From positions 2,349 through 66,348 of the IMG/VR virus record IMGVR_UViG_3300046314_000372: DNA of 64,000 nt, one strand, 5' to 3'. Numbering within the stretch: position 1 is the stretch's first letter; the number at the start of each line of letters is the position of its first letter. Below, one piece after another: positions 19,818 through 29,825 of the stretch. Under the pieces are notes generated by a model. That model made no database searches, was not told where the DNA came from, and saw nothing but the letters and a program-made list of their open reading frames with translations. Origin of the DNA: a virus. The position numbers were made by a program, and so were the translations under genes.

Positions 19818-20462
19818 TTAACCTAATTCTTTAACAGCTTCTTGTGCAGAGTCATCGCCTGCATCGCCGTCGTCAGTGTTGGTGGTAATCTTTTCCAACA
19901 GGGCCAATACTTCGGCTTCGGTTGGGCGGGGGTACTTTTCGTCAATGTTCTTAGCAGCTTCAGCAACTGCACGCTCATCGGCGGTTAAAGCACGTTTCTT
20001 GCACTTCAATGGCTTCAAGTCATAGCTGATGTTAAAAGCTAGCGGGCCTGTTTTAGCACGATTGAACACAATATCGAAGCCTTCGTCGAAATCGGTAGGA
20101 TCAAGCTCAAGGTCAGCAGCTGTGGAAAGAATCTGTTCAAACAGTTTCTTTTTCAGGTTCAGTGCCTTGACTTTACCGTCTTTAGGGTCGATACAGTTAA
20201 CTGTGTAGCTCCAAGAACACTTTAGTTCTGGGAAGTATGCTGGAACATGATCTTTTTCGAGGTTATCGAATTTTTCTTTGTCGCGGCTAAAAGCCAAGCA
20301 CTCAATAGGGATATCTTTGTTGTTGCTGCCCTTGACCCAGTAAATGTATCGAGGAAGAACTCCACCAACCAGGCGAACTGTGTTTTCGCCATCTTTGTAC
20401 TCATAAGCATCAACCTTGTTAGATTGTGCTTTGCCTTTGGTGTTTTTGAATGAAATTGCCAT
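19818..20462 (-). CDS. hypothetical protein with acidic C-terminal tail (possible ssDNA-binding protein)
   Basis: Position within the replication module; tail 'TDDGDAGDDSAQE'. Confidence 0.25.
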   Translation of the reverse strand: MAISFKNTKGKAQSNKVDAYEYKDGENTVRLVGGVLPRYIYWVKGSNNKDIPIECLAFSRDKEKFDNLEKDHVPAYFPELKCSWSYTVNCIDPKDGKVKALNLKKKLFEQILSTAADLELDPTDFDEGFDIVFNRAKTGPLAFNISYDLKPLKCKKRALTADERAVAEAAKNIDEKYPRPTEAEVLALLEKITTNTDDGDAGDDSAQEAVKELG

Positions 20463-20465
20463 TTT

Positions 20466-20843
20466 TTATTTGCTTTCGTATTTGAAATATATTTTGTTTT
20501 GCGTTATGTGGAGCAGAGGATTATTTTTTAATAAGCTGGTGTCAATATCCTTAAAGTAACTTAAGTCTAAGTAAGTAACTGCATACAGTTTATAAAGACT
20601 ATAGTCGCGGCGTCCTGCTAATCTTATGTATTGCGCTTTGTGTGCAACGTCTGCTGTATCTGTGAAAAGTTGATCGGCATTTAACAAAAAACTGTGGCCC
20701 GCTAGGTTTCGATAATTTAGTCTATCGCGGTTGTTTTTCGGTATTAGCTTTTTGCCAAAGTGCCTTTCAAGCATAGATAACATTAGTTTAGGGTCGCACT
20801 GAGATTCTGCTTCCAGTAATTCTAAGTTGAAAAAGAGTGCCAT
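20466..20843 (-). CDS. hypothetical protein
   Basis: ORF only. Confidence 0.25.
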   Translation of the reverse strand: MALFFNLELLEAESQCDPKLMLSMLERHFGKKLIPKNNRDRLNYRNLAGHSFLLNADQLFTDTADVAHKAQYIRLAGRRDYSLYKLYAVTYLDLSYFKDIDTSLLKNNPLLHITQNKIYFKYESK

Positions 20844-20901
20844 ATCTTGAACTCAGACTATATTATATCATAATGACCATGGTGTGACAAGTCTAAATTT
20901 A

Positions 20902-22197
20902 TCATACCGTTATGACCTGCCAGCCTTTACGCAAGTAAAGCGCAAGACGATCGTTATTTTGTTTCTTATCAGCGTATCCAGCAAAGTTAATATCTACTAC
21001 AAGTGGATTCAACTTGCCTTCGTGCATACGTTGTACCCGACCCACGATCTGCTCTAGTAGACTATCGTTGCTCATTGGAGCTGCAAGGATAACGCAGCTG
21101 AGTGAGTTAATAGAAATGCCTTCTGAGAAGATCTGCCTGGAACCACAGATGGCTTTTTTCTCTCCACTGAGGATTTGTTGTTTGACGAGCTGTCGCTCTT
21201 CAAATTCTGTGTCGCCTGTAACAACCGCGCAATCATCACCAATGTATTCCTTAACTATGTGTAAAAACTCGACTCGATCAGCAATAATCAATACCGAGTG
21301 GCCTTCAGCAATATGCATCCTGGCAATATCTGCAATAAAGAATCTGTACTTTTCTGATTCTAGTAACTCAGTTACCTTTTCAACCCAAGGTACTCCTGGC
21401 TTTAGTGTAACTCCTGACTTAACTACATGAACTGTAGGGGTAAGGGTATTAGACTGTGGTGGTTTATAGACAATAGGCCCAAAGTAATCTGGAAATACTA
21501 TGTGCTTGCCGTCTTTCCTAACCATCGTCCCGCTAAGTGCAATGCGGTATCTGGCGTGAAAGCTGTCGATAACACTTGCAAATGTAGTGGCAGGACAGTG
21601 GTGGGCTTCGTCCAGGATAATAGTCCCAAACTCCTTAGCAAGCTCCGCCGCATTTTTGGCCAGGGTTTGTATGTTGGCAACTGTGATAAAGTGGTCGGCG
21701 TGGTCAATTCGTCCACCGCCAATAACTCCGCACTGCGTCCCGAATAAGACCTGGATTTCTTCACACCACTGGTCTCGTAAGGCAGCGGTGTGGGTAATAA
21801 CAAGAGTTTTTTGTCCGAACTTGTGTGCAAGGTGTAAGGCTGTAAAAGTCTTTCCCCATCCCACAAGGGCATTGATAAAGCAGGTATCGTCGATTGGGTC
21901 ATAAACGACTTGTTGCTCGGGTCGTAGAGGATATTTAGGTGTTGGGAATGGTACATCCTCAAGTACTCGTTTATCAATGATTTCATAATCTTCGGGAATC
22001 AGGTCTAGGCGGCCTTGTGGAATACTCAAGATGCCTTTGGGCAATACCTTATAGTTCTTGATAATTTCTACCGTGGAGAACTGCTTCGATCCAGTATCTT
22101 TTTTGATTTTGTAAGTAAGTGCTTTGATGATATCCTTGGTATGCTCTACGCCAGGGTTATCCATGTAAATGCGATTACTAATTATTGCTTTAGGCAT
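20902..22197 (-). CDS. SF2 DNA helicase (DEAH-box)
   Basis: Motif I 'GWGKT', motif II 'LDEAHH', motif VI 'VGRVQR'. Confidence 0.7.
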   Translation of the reverse strand: MPKAIISNRIYMDNPGVEHTKDIIKALTYKIKKDTGSKQFSTVEIIKNYKVLPKGILSIPQGRLDLIPEDYEIIDKRVLEDVPFPTPKYPLRPEQQVVYDPIDDTCFINALVGWGKTFTALHLAHKFGQKTLVITHTAALRDQWCEEIQVLFGTQCGVIGGGRIDHADHFITVANIQTLAKNAAELAKEFGTIILDEAHHCPATTFASVIDSFHARYRIALSGTMVRKDGKHIVFPDYFGPIVYKPPQSNTLTPTVHVVKSGVTLKPGVPWVEKVTELLESEKYRFFIADIARMHIAEGHSVLIIADRVEFLHIVKEYIGDDCAVVTGDTEFEERQLVKQQILSGEKKAICGSRQIFSEGISINSLSCVILAAPMSNDSLLEQIVGRVQRMHEGKLNPLVVDINFAGYADKKQNNDRLALYLRKGWQVITV

Positions 22198-22441
22198 CCG
22201 CTATCCCAAAATATTCTTTTATATCATCTCGAATTTCACGGAGTGCGGCGTATGTCCACTCACAGGCTAATTCACCACTAGCACTATTACCAACTGGAAT
22301 ACGGTAGGTTTCGATCTTGTTGATACATTCACGGACAATTGACTCTGCAAAATTTTGGAGTTCAGTTTCGCCGCGAGGGTATCCTGGGCGTCCCGCCCGT
22401 AGCGCGAGTCTTTCAATTCGTTCATTCATACCATTCTCCAA
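22190..22441 (-). CDS. hypothetical protein
   Basis: ORF only. Confidence 0.25.
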   Translation of the reverse strand: MENGMNERIERLALRAGRPGYPRGETELQNFAESIVRECINKIETYRIPVGNSASGELACEWTYAALREIRDDIKEYFGIADA

Positions 22442-23028
22442 CTATCAGGCTTAACTGTTTCGCAAAAGCCATAAAATATAAATCCCATACCAAGTTTTAG
22501 TACTCTGGCAAAGTGCTGGTGTTCGCTAGGACGTTGTAGCGACTTAAAACGCGAACTAATTCCAGCTAACTCAACCACACAACCTATACCACTAGCAGGT
22601 AAAATCTGTTTGATTGGCTTTGTTATGAGTTTGGCGCGAGTATTTTTTTCATAATGAAATACTCGCCCTGAGTTATCAATAAACCAAGTGGTAGATTTAG
22701 CTAGTTTAACTAAATCTGCCAAGAAGTAAATGGCCGTGCGAATTGGGAACAGCTTTTCATCTAGAAGCTGTAGGCGACGCAATCCAAGCGTGTTACCGCT
22801 TAAACTGGCGTCATCTACAACACGTATGTTTACGTTCTCGATGTTATCATGGTCAACATAATGTGTATGGTAAAATACCAAACCTTCATGTTGACTAGGT
22901 TTACGCTCACCGAGCCTGAACACGGGCCAGGCTATCTCCGATAATTTCGTATGTTTCGACAAAATGTCCAAAGCTATAGTCCTCTCCAATATCTTGATCC
23001 ACACCGATTGGGCTACCAGGAATCTCAC
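22426..23028 (-). CDS. hypothetical protein (overlaps the polymerase 3' end; true start may be internal)
   Basis: ORF only. Confidence 0.2.
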   Translation of the reverse strand: MRFLVAQSVWIKILERTIALDILSKHTKLSEIAWPVFRLGERKPSQHEGLVFYHTHYVDHDNIENVNIRVVDDASLSGNTLGLRRLQLLDEKLFPIRTAIYFLADLVKLAKSTTWFIDNSGRVFHYEKNTRAKLITKPIKQILPASGIGCVVELAGISSRFKSLQRPSEHQHFARVLKLGMGFIFYGFCETVKPDSWRMV

Positions 23029-25201
23029 AGCCCCACTGGTGTTGAGTGTTACGCTTTAGGATCTCGCAGTATTCCACCACATCTTCGTCTTTTACTAGCG
23101 CAACAATCGAGTCATGAACCAACATAAAGATTTTAGCATCTAGGCCACGCGCTGTAACCTCTTGCGCTGTTCGCATAGCTCCAAGTAAGTTAACATCACT
23201 GGCAAGACTTTGTACTTCGGCGTTAATGCCACTACGAACTTCGTGAGCGGCAATGCCTTTATCTGCGCTAAAGACATTAGGTAGTCGGCGTTTCCGACCA
23301 AAGAATGAGTATGTGTAGCCATTGGTTTGAATAAAGTTTTTGCGATCTTCCAGCCAACGCTTTAGTTTGCTGAATTTTGTAAAGTATTGTTTAATATCAT
23401 CACGAGCCTGTTCAACAGCATAAGTTTCACCATCTGGTAATCCTTTGGTAACTGTTTGAGCAACTTTATTAGCACCTGAACCGTACAAGATACCGAAACT
23501 AATAGCCTTAGCCGATTGACGCATATTTCCAAACAGTCGCTTAACGTCTTCAACAGCACAAGGCAAGCTAAACACCATTTTAGCAATTGTTGAGTGAAAG
23601 TCACCGCCTGAGGAGAACACTTCTTGCAAGTTCTTATCACCCGAAAGCACAGCCGCATAATACATCTCGGCTGTGGTCAAATCCTGTGATACGATTTTAT
23701 AGCCAGCTGGAGCCTCGATACAACCTTTGATAATAGGGTCGTCGCGAGGGATTTGCTGAGCATTGAACTTCCCAGAACTACTAAGGCGACCACTAGTAGT
23801 AAAGATAAGGTTAAAATTTGTACGAATACGACCATCGCGGTCAATTTCCGGTAAAATCTTTGAAATATAGGTGTTTTGAATCTTGCCAAGTTGTCGTACC
23901 TTTAGAATCGCCGCTGGCAGTGGATGCTCTTCGGACAGCTCACCGAGCACTTCTGCGTCAGTTGAGACGGCTCCGGTAGCAGTTTTCTTACCAGTGGGAT
24001 TAAGTCCCAGATAATCAAAAAGCACAACACGAAGCTGCATAACTGAGTTAGGGTTAAAGATTTTTCCTGAATCACGTTCATATTGTTTTACTGCATCAAA
24101 GCTGTACACCACTTTCTTGGCGGCCTCGATTTCATAGTCCAAGTACTTACTGGCGGCAGCCATACGCTCAGTACTCATTGGAATACCGACTTCTTCCATG
24201 TCCATTAAGAACAATGTACCTGGAATAAGAATTTCTTGATATACCTTGAGCAATTTAGCATTTTGCTGAACAATAGGCCAGAACTTGTTGAACAGGTCAA
24301 AAGTTACAGCCGTATCAATACTAGCATAGCGGCTAATAGTATCAAAAGGGATAAGGTCATAAGTGAAATCGTCTTGAAGGAGGCCATGTGCCGCACAGTA
24401 GGCTTTCTTGAAATCGTCTAGCTCTGAATCATAATCACCGTAGTTGGTGTACTTTAGGGCCAGAGGTTTCAAACCATGAGAGTCAGTTTCGTCCAGTACA
24501 TAGTGCATAACCATTGTGTCATGTACTTTGTCACGAGGAAAGTCGATATCAAGGTGATACTTAATCATCTTAAAGTCGAACTTCATATTGTGAAACACGC
24601 TATAGAACTCACGTGCAATTTTACGCATCAAGTCTAAACAAACGTCGTCTAGGCAGTCAGTTAAAATATAACGTCCATGCAAAGTTTTGTAGCTCATGGA
24701 AACGCCTAGAACATACCCGTCTCGTGGGTAAAGGCAAGTTGTTTCCGTATCCCAAGCTACATAGCCTTGGGCATTAGCCAAGACTTCGCGCAAGAAGCGT
24801 TTGGCTTCAGCAGTGTCATCAATTCCAGCAAAGTCACCTTGTACGCTGGGCTTGAGCTGACCTTTAACGTACTTGTGAATACGATCCACAGCACGTTGAA
24901 AGTCAGGCTTACCTTCTGGCTTAAAACTCAGCATAGCAGGGTTACTAATAGCAATAAACTTATCATCTACTAGCTGACCTGCCATGTTTGTTACTGAAGT
25001 AATTTTAGCGTATTCTTTAGCCGCTTCCGAGCCTACTAGAACCACGAAGTCGTAAGGCTCCAAGTCAACTACCAAGTCTACGTCTTTTTTCAGTAACTTG
25101 GTAATTGGCACTGAACTCATGTGAAAATGGTCGAACTCAAACTCGAAATAGTCTGAGTAACGAGTGCGGTTCGGTGCTTTATCAATTAGCGCAATTTTCA
25201 T
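22907..25201 (-). CDS. family A DNA polymerase with 3'-5' exonuclease domain (T5 pol-like)
   Basis: Exo I 'WDTETT'; motif A-region 'R..TGRLSSS..N.QQIP'; motif B 'KAISFGILYGSG'; motif C 'LVHDS'. Confidence 0.8.
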   Translation of the reverse strand: MKIALIDKAPNRTRYSDYFEFEFDHFHMSSVPITKLLKKDVDLVVDLEPYDFVVLVGSEAAKEYAKITSVTNMAGQLVDDKFIAISNPAMLSFKPEGKPDFQRAVDRIHKYVKGQLKPSVQGDFAGIDDTAEAKRFLREVLANAQGYVAWDTETTCLYPRDGYVLGVSMSYKTLHGRYILTDCLDDVCLDLMRKIAREFYSVFHNMKFDFKMIKYHLDIDFPRDKVHDTMVMHYVLDETDSHGLKPLALKYTNYGDYDSELDDFKKAYCAAHGLLQDDFTYDLIPFDTISRYASIDTAVTFDLFNKFWPIVQQNAKLLKVYQEILIPGTLFLMDMEEVGIPMSTERMAAASKYLDYEIEAAKKVVYSFDAVKQYERDSGKIFNPNSVMQLRVVLFDYLGLNPTGKKTATGAVSTDAEVLGELSEEHPLPAAILKVRQLGKIQNTYISKILPEIDRDGRIRTNFNLIFTTSGRLSSSGKFNAQQIPRDDPIIKGCIEAPAGYKIVSQDLTTAEMYYAAVLSGDKNLQEVFSSGGDFHSTIAKMVFSLPCAVEDVKRLFGNMRQSAKAISFGILYGSGANKVAQTVTKGLPDGETYAVEQARDDIKQYFTKFSKLKRWLEDRKNFIQTNGYTYSFFGRKRRLPNVFSADKGIAAHEVRSGINAEVQSLASDVNLLGAMRTAQEVTARGLDAKIFMLVHDSIVALVKDEDVVEYCEILKRNTQHQWGCEIPGSPIGVDQDIGEDYSFGHFVETYEIIGDSLARVQAR

Positions 25202-25424
25202 TTATGTCTTTCCTTAATACTTTATTATAGCGTATCTAAGCTAGTGTTTCAAATTTCTTTTTCTAAACGTGTTAGAATATCTATTAGTTGTGGTATAGCT
25301 TTAGCGTCTATATTTACAACGTATCCTTTGTATAACTTTATTTGCAATATACCTTCGGCTAGTCTTACCAAAGCATACTCGTTTCCGCTTGGCGTAACAA
25401 TAGGATTCCACTCTGAAGTATTTA

Positions 25425-26279
25425 TCATTTATTTACATACTCTGCGATTGATCGCACATTCTCGGCATCTAAATCGCCCGGGTCGGTGCCATCAGGTAGC
25501 TCAACGATTTCTGTAATAAACCCTTCTGCTTCTAGCACCGGCTTGAGTGTTTTTGCCGCGCTTCGTCCCGCATCATCTCCGTCAAATAGAACATAGATGT
25601 GTGTAATGCCTTGTGCTCGAAAAGGTAAAAGTTTTGATTTAATGTCATTTTGAAGTGTGTTAGTGCCAAAAGCACACACAACATTCTCACAACCATTGTC
25701 GTATAAGTTCAGCATATCAAACAAACCCTCAACAATTACCATGCTAGAGTAGCCACTGGGTAAATGTGCTGGGTAAAGCGGAATCTTTACGCCTTGAGGA
25801 TAGTTGATATATCTGGGATTACCATTGGACATTGTGTGCCTGCCAACAAACACTTGCGTTTTATTGGTAATGTCTTTAATTGGAAAGATAATACGGTCTT
25901 GTAGCTTTTCTACTTGATTTGTGTAAAATGCACCAAAGTGCTTGAGCGTTGCAGGACTAACACCACGAAACTGTTTTGTCCAAGGTGTATAACCTTGCGG
26001 CAGCTCTAGCTCTTGACCAAACTTCTTGAGCGCAGATAGCTTTTCTTTTAGTGCCATGATCTTCATTGGCACTAAGTTGGTGAATACACCATAGTACTTG
26101 AAAAGATTTGTTTTAAACCCACAGGCAAAGCAATGAGCTACGCCCGTTACTTTGTCTACGCGAAAGCTAGGATTTGAATCCTGATGGTCTGGATTTAAAC
26201 ACTTGATAAGATAGTCGCGCCCAGATACGCTGAACGCTAGATTATTTTTCTGTATAAGTTCTAGTACTGGGTCTGACAT
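25425..26279 (-). CDS. DnaG-type DNA primase
   Basis: CHC2 zinc finger 'C..PDH....C..CG'; Toprim 'VEG' and 'DGDDAG'. Confidence 0.7.
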   Translation of the reverse strand: MSDPVLELIQKNNLAFSVSGRDYLIKCLNPDHQDSNPSFRVDKVTGVAHCFACGFKTNLFKYYGVFTNLVPMKIMALKEKLSALKKFGQELELPQGYTPWTKQFRGVSPATLKHFGAFYTNQVEKLQDRIIFPIKDITNKTQVFVGRHTMSNGNPRYINYPQGVKIPLYPAHLPSGYSSMVIVEGLFDMLNLYDNGCENVVCAFGTNTLQNDIKSKLLPFRAQGITHIYVLFDGDDAGRSAAKTLKPVLEAEGFITEIVELPDGTDPGDLDAENVRSIAEYVNK

Positions 26280-26280
26280 A

Positions 26281-26493
26281 TTAAGTATTTATTTTGTAGA
26301 AGTTTTTACAAGCCAACCAGCCGTTTTGGAAAGCGTTTAGTTCTTTCCATACTGGATGTTCGGGATGGTCATGAATACTTACAGGAAAGCTAGGATTTTC
26401 TCTGCTAAACCAGAAATCAGCACTAATATACGCCATTTCAGCTTCGTCTAGGACTTCTAGTAATTCGTTTGTGGTGTACATTATGCGTTCCAA
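26281..26493 (-). CDS. hypothetical protein
   Basis: ORF only. Confidence 0.25.
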   Translation of the reverse strand: MERIMYTTNELLEVLDEAEMAYISADFWFSRENPSFPVSIHDHPEHPVWKELNAFQNGWLACKNFYKINT

Positions 26494-27872
26494 GGTAAGT
26501 CAGCACCGGTATCACTTACTGGAGGAGCATCGTCCTGCGATTTCTTACCGGCTTTCTTTATCGTCTCTTTAGCTTGTGGGCGATCCACGCTTTGTGGGCT
26601 GATGCGTAGACTATCCCAGTCAATCGGGCACGTAAATGCCATTTCCTTGCCCCCACGAATTTTTGTCGTCTCAAAACTGATCGCATTAGTTTCTTTGTCA
26701 TGCGCTTCCATAGTAAGGGCAATATCCGCTGCGTCCAAGATACCTTTCGCGAAACGAGCTTCCCCGTCCTTGTCAATCTGATACGGGCTGACCATGACGA
26801 TTTCATACTTACGTGCAAGGTTTTTGAGTTTCTTTGAAACTTCGATTTGCGGTTTCCAATCATACTGATCGTTACCTTCTAGGACAATTTGGTTCAAGTA
26901 ATCTACCACTACTAGTTTGAGTTTATCGCCGAACTTTGCTTTGGCTTTACCAATATGCAAGTCGATGCTACTTAGGGTCAGGTCACGGTCATCAACAATA
27001 ATCATTTGATTATCTGGCTTCAAGCTACAACTACGTACTAGCATTTCTTCGAACTTAAAGCGATCACGATGACGCATAAATTCAGATACTAAATCGGAGC
27101 TATTGTCAAACATTTCTGCACGAGCCTTTACAACTCTTAGCAGCTCATCGTCGGTTAGTTTGTGTTGCTTTAGGTTCTGTAAGTTTACATTCGCTAGAAC
27201 CGATAGATTACGCTCCATCGTCTCCTTAGCAGTCATTTCAATTGAGAAATAAATGCTTGAATTGCCAGATTCGTACTGATTAATAAACAAGTTGCTACAA
27301 GCAACAGATTTACCAGAGCCCCTCTTACCTCCAATGAGGATAAGTTCCTGGCGAGCAACACCGCCAAGCACACTGTCAAAGCCGTTGTTAAGTCCAAGAT
27401 ATACACGTTCTTTCTCCAAGTCTTCTGGATGCTGAAACATCATCATGTCAGCCATGGTAAAGACTTTTTCACTTGTATGAGTCTTTTCCTCAATAGTCAG
27501 AGCAATTGTTGCTAGACTTTCTTTTATTTCATTCGTATCGTAGAGTGGGAGTTTATCTACGAATTTATCTAGTAATTTTACCGTTTCATTCTGAGTATAT
27601 TGGTCGATTAAAGCATCCAATGCTACTTCAGCAGAAACGTCTGGTACCTCGGTTAACCGGAGAGTTGCCAGAGTTTTAGACGCCGGACCCTCCCTTAAGG
27701 TTAGCTCAAGATCGTCAAATGACGGTATAGCGCTGTACTTCTCGTAGTACTTATTAACGACGCTATACAAGGAAGAGTACGCAGGGTCTAAGAATACCAA
27801 CTTCAGTTTTGCCCAGATATCTAGGTTACGCTCAGTTAATAATTTGTTTAAGACTACTGCACTAGTATCCAA
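26481..27872 (-). CDS. DnaB-like replicative helicase
   Basis: RecA-like core with Walker A 'GGKRGSGKS'; ~460 aa. Confidence 0.6.
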   Translation of the reverse strand: MDTSAVVLNKLLTERNLDIWAKLKLVFLDPAYSSLYSVVNKYYEKYSAIPSFDDLELTLREGPASKTLATLRLTEVPDVSAEVALDALIDQYTQNETVKLLDKFVDKLPLYDTNEIKESLATIALTIEEKTHTSEKVFTMADMMMFQHPEDLEKERVYLGLNNGFDSVLGGVARQELILIGGKRGSGKSVACSNLFINQYESGNSSIYFSIEMTAKETMERNLSVLANVNLQNLKQHKLTDDELLRVVKARAEMFDNSSDLVSEFMRHRDRFKFEEMLVRSCSLKPDNQMIIVDDRDLTLSSIDLHIGKAKAKFGDKLKLVVVDYLNQIVLEGNDQYDWKPQIEVSKKLKNLARKYEIVMVSPYQIDKDGEARFAKGILDAADIALTMEAHDKETNAISFETTKIRGGKEMAFTCPIDWDSLRISPQSVDRPQAKETIKKAGKKSQDDAPPVSDTGADLPWNA

Positions 27873-27873
27873 G

Positions 27874-28173
27874 TTACCCTACTTTCGATTCGTTGTCTAT
27901 TAGAACTTGATCTACGATTTCGGTTACTTTATACATAACTTGCTCTCGTAGCTTTTTAATATCTTGTTGATATGATGCACCACTATCGTATAGGAGACTT
28001 AGCTGCTCATGCGTAATAAGCTGCTGTAATCCGAAATAGATGTGGTCATAGGCCATAGTAGATTCTGGGGTAATCTCTACTTGTGCAGCCTTGCCATAAT
28101 TATGCACAGCCTGTTTTACGACTTCTTCCATTGTGAAAGAATCGTTATCATGGTATGTAATAGTTACTTTCAT
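27874..28173 (-). CDS. hypothetical protein
   Basis: ORF only. Confidence 0.25.
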   Translation of the reverse strand: MKVTITYHDNDSFTMEEVVKQAVHNYGKAAQVEITPESTMAYDHIYFGLQQLITHEQLSLLYDSGASYQQDIKKLREQVMYKVTEIVDQVLIDNESKVG

Positions 28174-28243
28174 ACTATGAACTCCTTAAACAGAAAAAGC
28201 CCGGGAGCTTTATGGGACTCCCGGGCTGATTGGTTAAACCAAA

Positions 28244-28993
28244 TTAAGCGGCTGCTTTGGCTTCGGCCTTAGCTTTTTTAGCTGCACCATCATAGTCAGC
28301 AACTTTGATACCACGGCGAGTCAGCAAAGTACGCAGACCACGCTCTGTTTTGTCAACTGCTTGAGCAATTTCAGCAACAGTCATGGTTGCAATAGAAGCA
28401 CCCAAGGCAGTAACTTGGTCAACAGATTCTTTAGCGTGAGATTCTTTTTGTGCAGGAATCTTAGCAATCTGACCTTTGCGTGTCAAGCTCAGAGCTTTAC
28501 CACGAACACTGGCAACAGTCTTGTTCAACTTGCTGGCGATTTCTTCAATGAAGCTACCGGCATCAGCCATTTTAACAAAAGTGGCTTCTTCAGCTTCGGT
28601 GTAAGTACGAGCAACTTCCACTTTTTCTGCTGGCTTAACGCTGCCAGTCAGTTCCAAGGCCAGCAATTTACCTTGGATTTGTTTTGCAGTGAACTTGCCA
28701 CCAGCAAAAGATTCAGCGATTTCTTTGTAAGTCAAATTACCGGCATTTGCACCAACGAAATCGGCGAGATCAGCACCTTCGTCAGCGGTAAAAGCAGAGG
28801 TTTTTTCCTTAGCAAGACTAGCAACTTCACGGTCTAGTTGACGCAGCTTAGAAGCGATACTACGAGTAGTTTTACCGAGTTGTTCAGCAGCACGCTCAAC
28901 AGACTCAACGCTAACAGGGCTTTGTGATCCAACGATGTTCATCAGTTGGTCAACAGCTTCATCGGACCAGTTTTTAGTTGTATTTGTAGTCAT
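28244..28993 (-). CDS. Ala/Lys-rich protein with repeated HTH-like modules
   Basis: Several copies of the '(T/S)V(A/R)S(V/I)(R/A)(G/S)KL..L.R.G' module also seen in the small paralogue family. Confidence 0.3.
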   Translation of the reverse strand: MTTNTTKNWSDEAVDQLMNIVGSQSPVSVESVERAAEQLGKTTRSIASKLRQLDREVASLAKEKTSAFTADEGADLADFVGANAGNLTYKEIAESFAGGKFTAKQIQGKLLALELTGSVKPAEKVEVARTYTEAEEATFVKMADAGSFIEEIASKLNKTVASVRGKALSLTRKGQIAKIPAQKESHAKESVDQVTALGASIATMTVAEIAQAVDKTERGLRTLLTRRGIKVADYDGAAKKAKAEAKAAA

Positions 28994-29754
28994 TGTTTAT
29001 TTTCTTTCAAGAAAGTATTTAGGTTTTTAATAATAGGGATGCCGAGAGATTCGGCTTTTTTGCGTTTTGTACTATCTTTATCTTCTTCATCAACCAAATA
29101 GTCTGTTGTTTTGGTAACAGACTCTACTGCCTTATATCCGGCAGCTTCCAGGGCTGTGTAAGCCTCTGCTTTGTTTTTGTAAGAAGATAACTTTCCAGTT
29201 ATACAAACAGTTTTATTATTGTTGTTACTGTTTGCAGTGGAATTTCTATTAGACTTAAATGAGAACGGCAAAAACTCTCGTAAGTCTGGGAAATCTGTTT
29301 CTAACCAAGTAATCAGGTTTTCGGTGACTTTATCGCCTAAACCAGCTGTTTTGCAAGTTTCATATGTAATCTGGTCAATGTTGTCAACCACACTACAGAT
29401 TTTCTGAGAAGCCGTATTACCAACCAGAGTAATCGAGAAACTTGCTAGCACTGTGGCTAGATCAGCCGATTTGGCTCGTTCGATTTCATCTAGTAGTTTT
29501 GCGGCAGTCTTTTCACTACCTAGGGCTTCTGTTACTGTGTCTAAGTCAAGATAAAACAGCTCAGTCAAATCCTGCAAGTCAAGTTTTTCAACTGACTTAG
29601 GGCCCATACCTTTAATGCCTAGAGTCTTGCAGAAGTGTTCAACTTTCTTTGTAAGCTGAGCACTGCAAGCCGTGTTGCGACAAAAGAGTTGATCATTGAC
29701 CAATTCTAATTTGTAGTCACAGCAGGGGCAGGTTGTTGGGATTTCGATTCTCAT
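28990..29754 (-). CDS. NAD-dependent DNA ligase, C-terminal subunit (Zn-finger, HhH, BRCT)
   Basis: Four-Cys zinc finger at the N-terminus, HhH 'LGIKGMGPKS', BRCT-like C-terminus; lies next to the adenylation-domain ORF, as in the T5 split ligase. Confidence 0.6.
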   Translation of the reverse strand: MRIEIPTTCPCCDYKLELVNDQLFCRNTACSAQLTKKVEHFCKTLGIKGMGPKSVEKLDLQDLTELFYLDLDTVTEALGSEKTAAKLLDEIERAKSADLATVLASFSITLVGNTASQKICSVVDNIDQITYETCKTAGLGDKVTENLITWLETDFPDLREFLPFSFKSNRNSTANSNNNNKTVCITGKLSSYKNKAEAYTALEAAGYKAVESVTKTTDYLVDEEDKDSTKRKKAESLGIPIIKNLNTFLKENKQ

Positions 29755-29825
29755 GTTCTTTTATCACTTTGTAGACTATATTATAACTGATTGGGGTCGC
29801 TTTGACAAGTGTAAATTTTTATTGC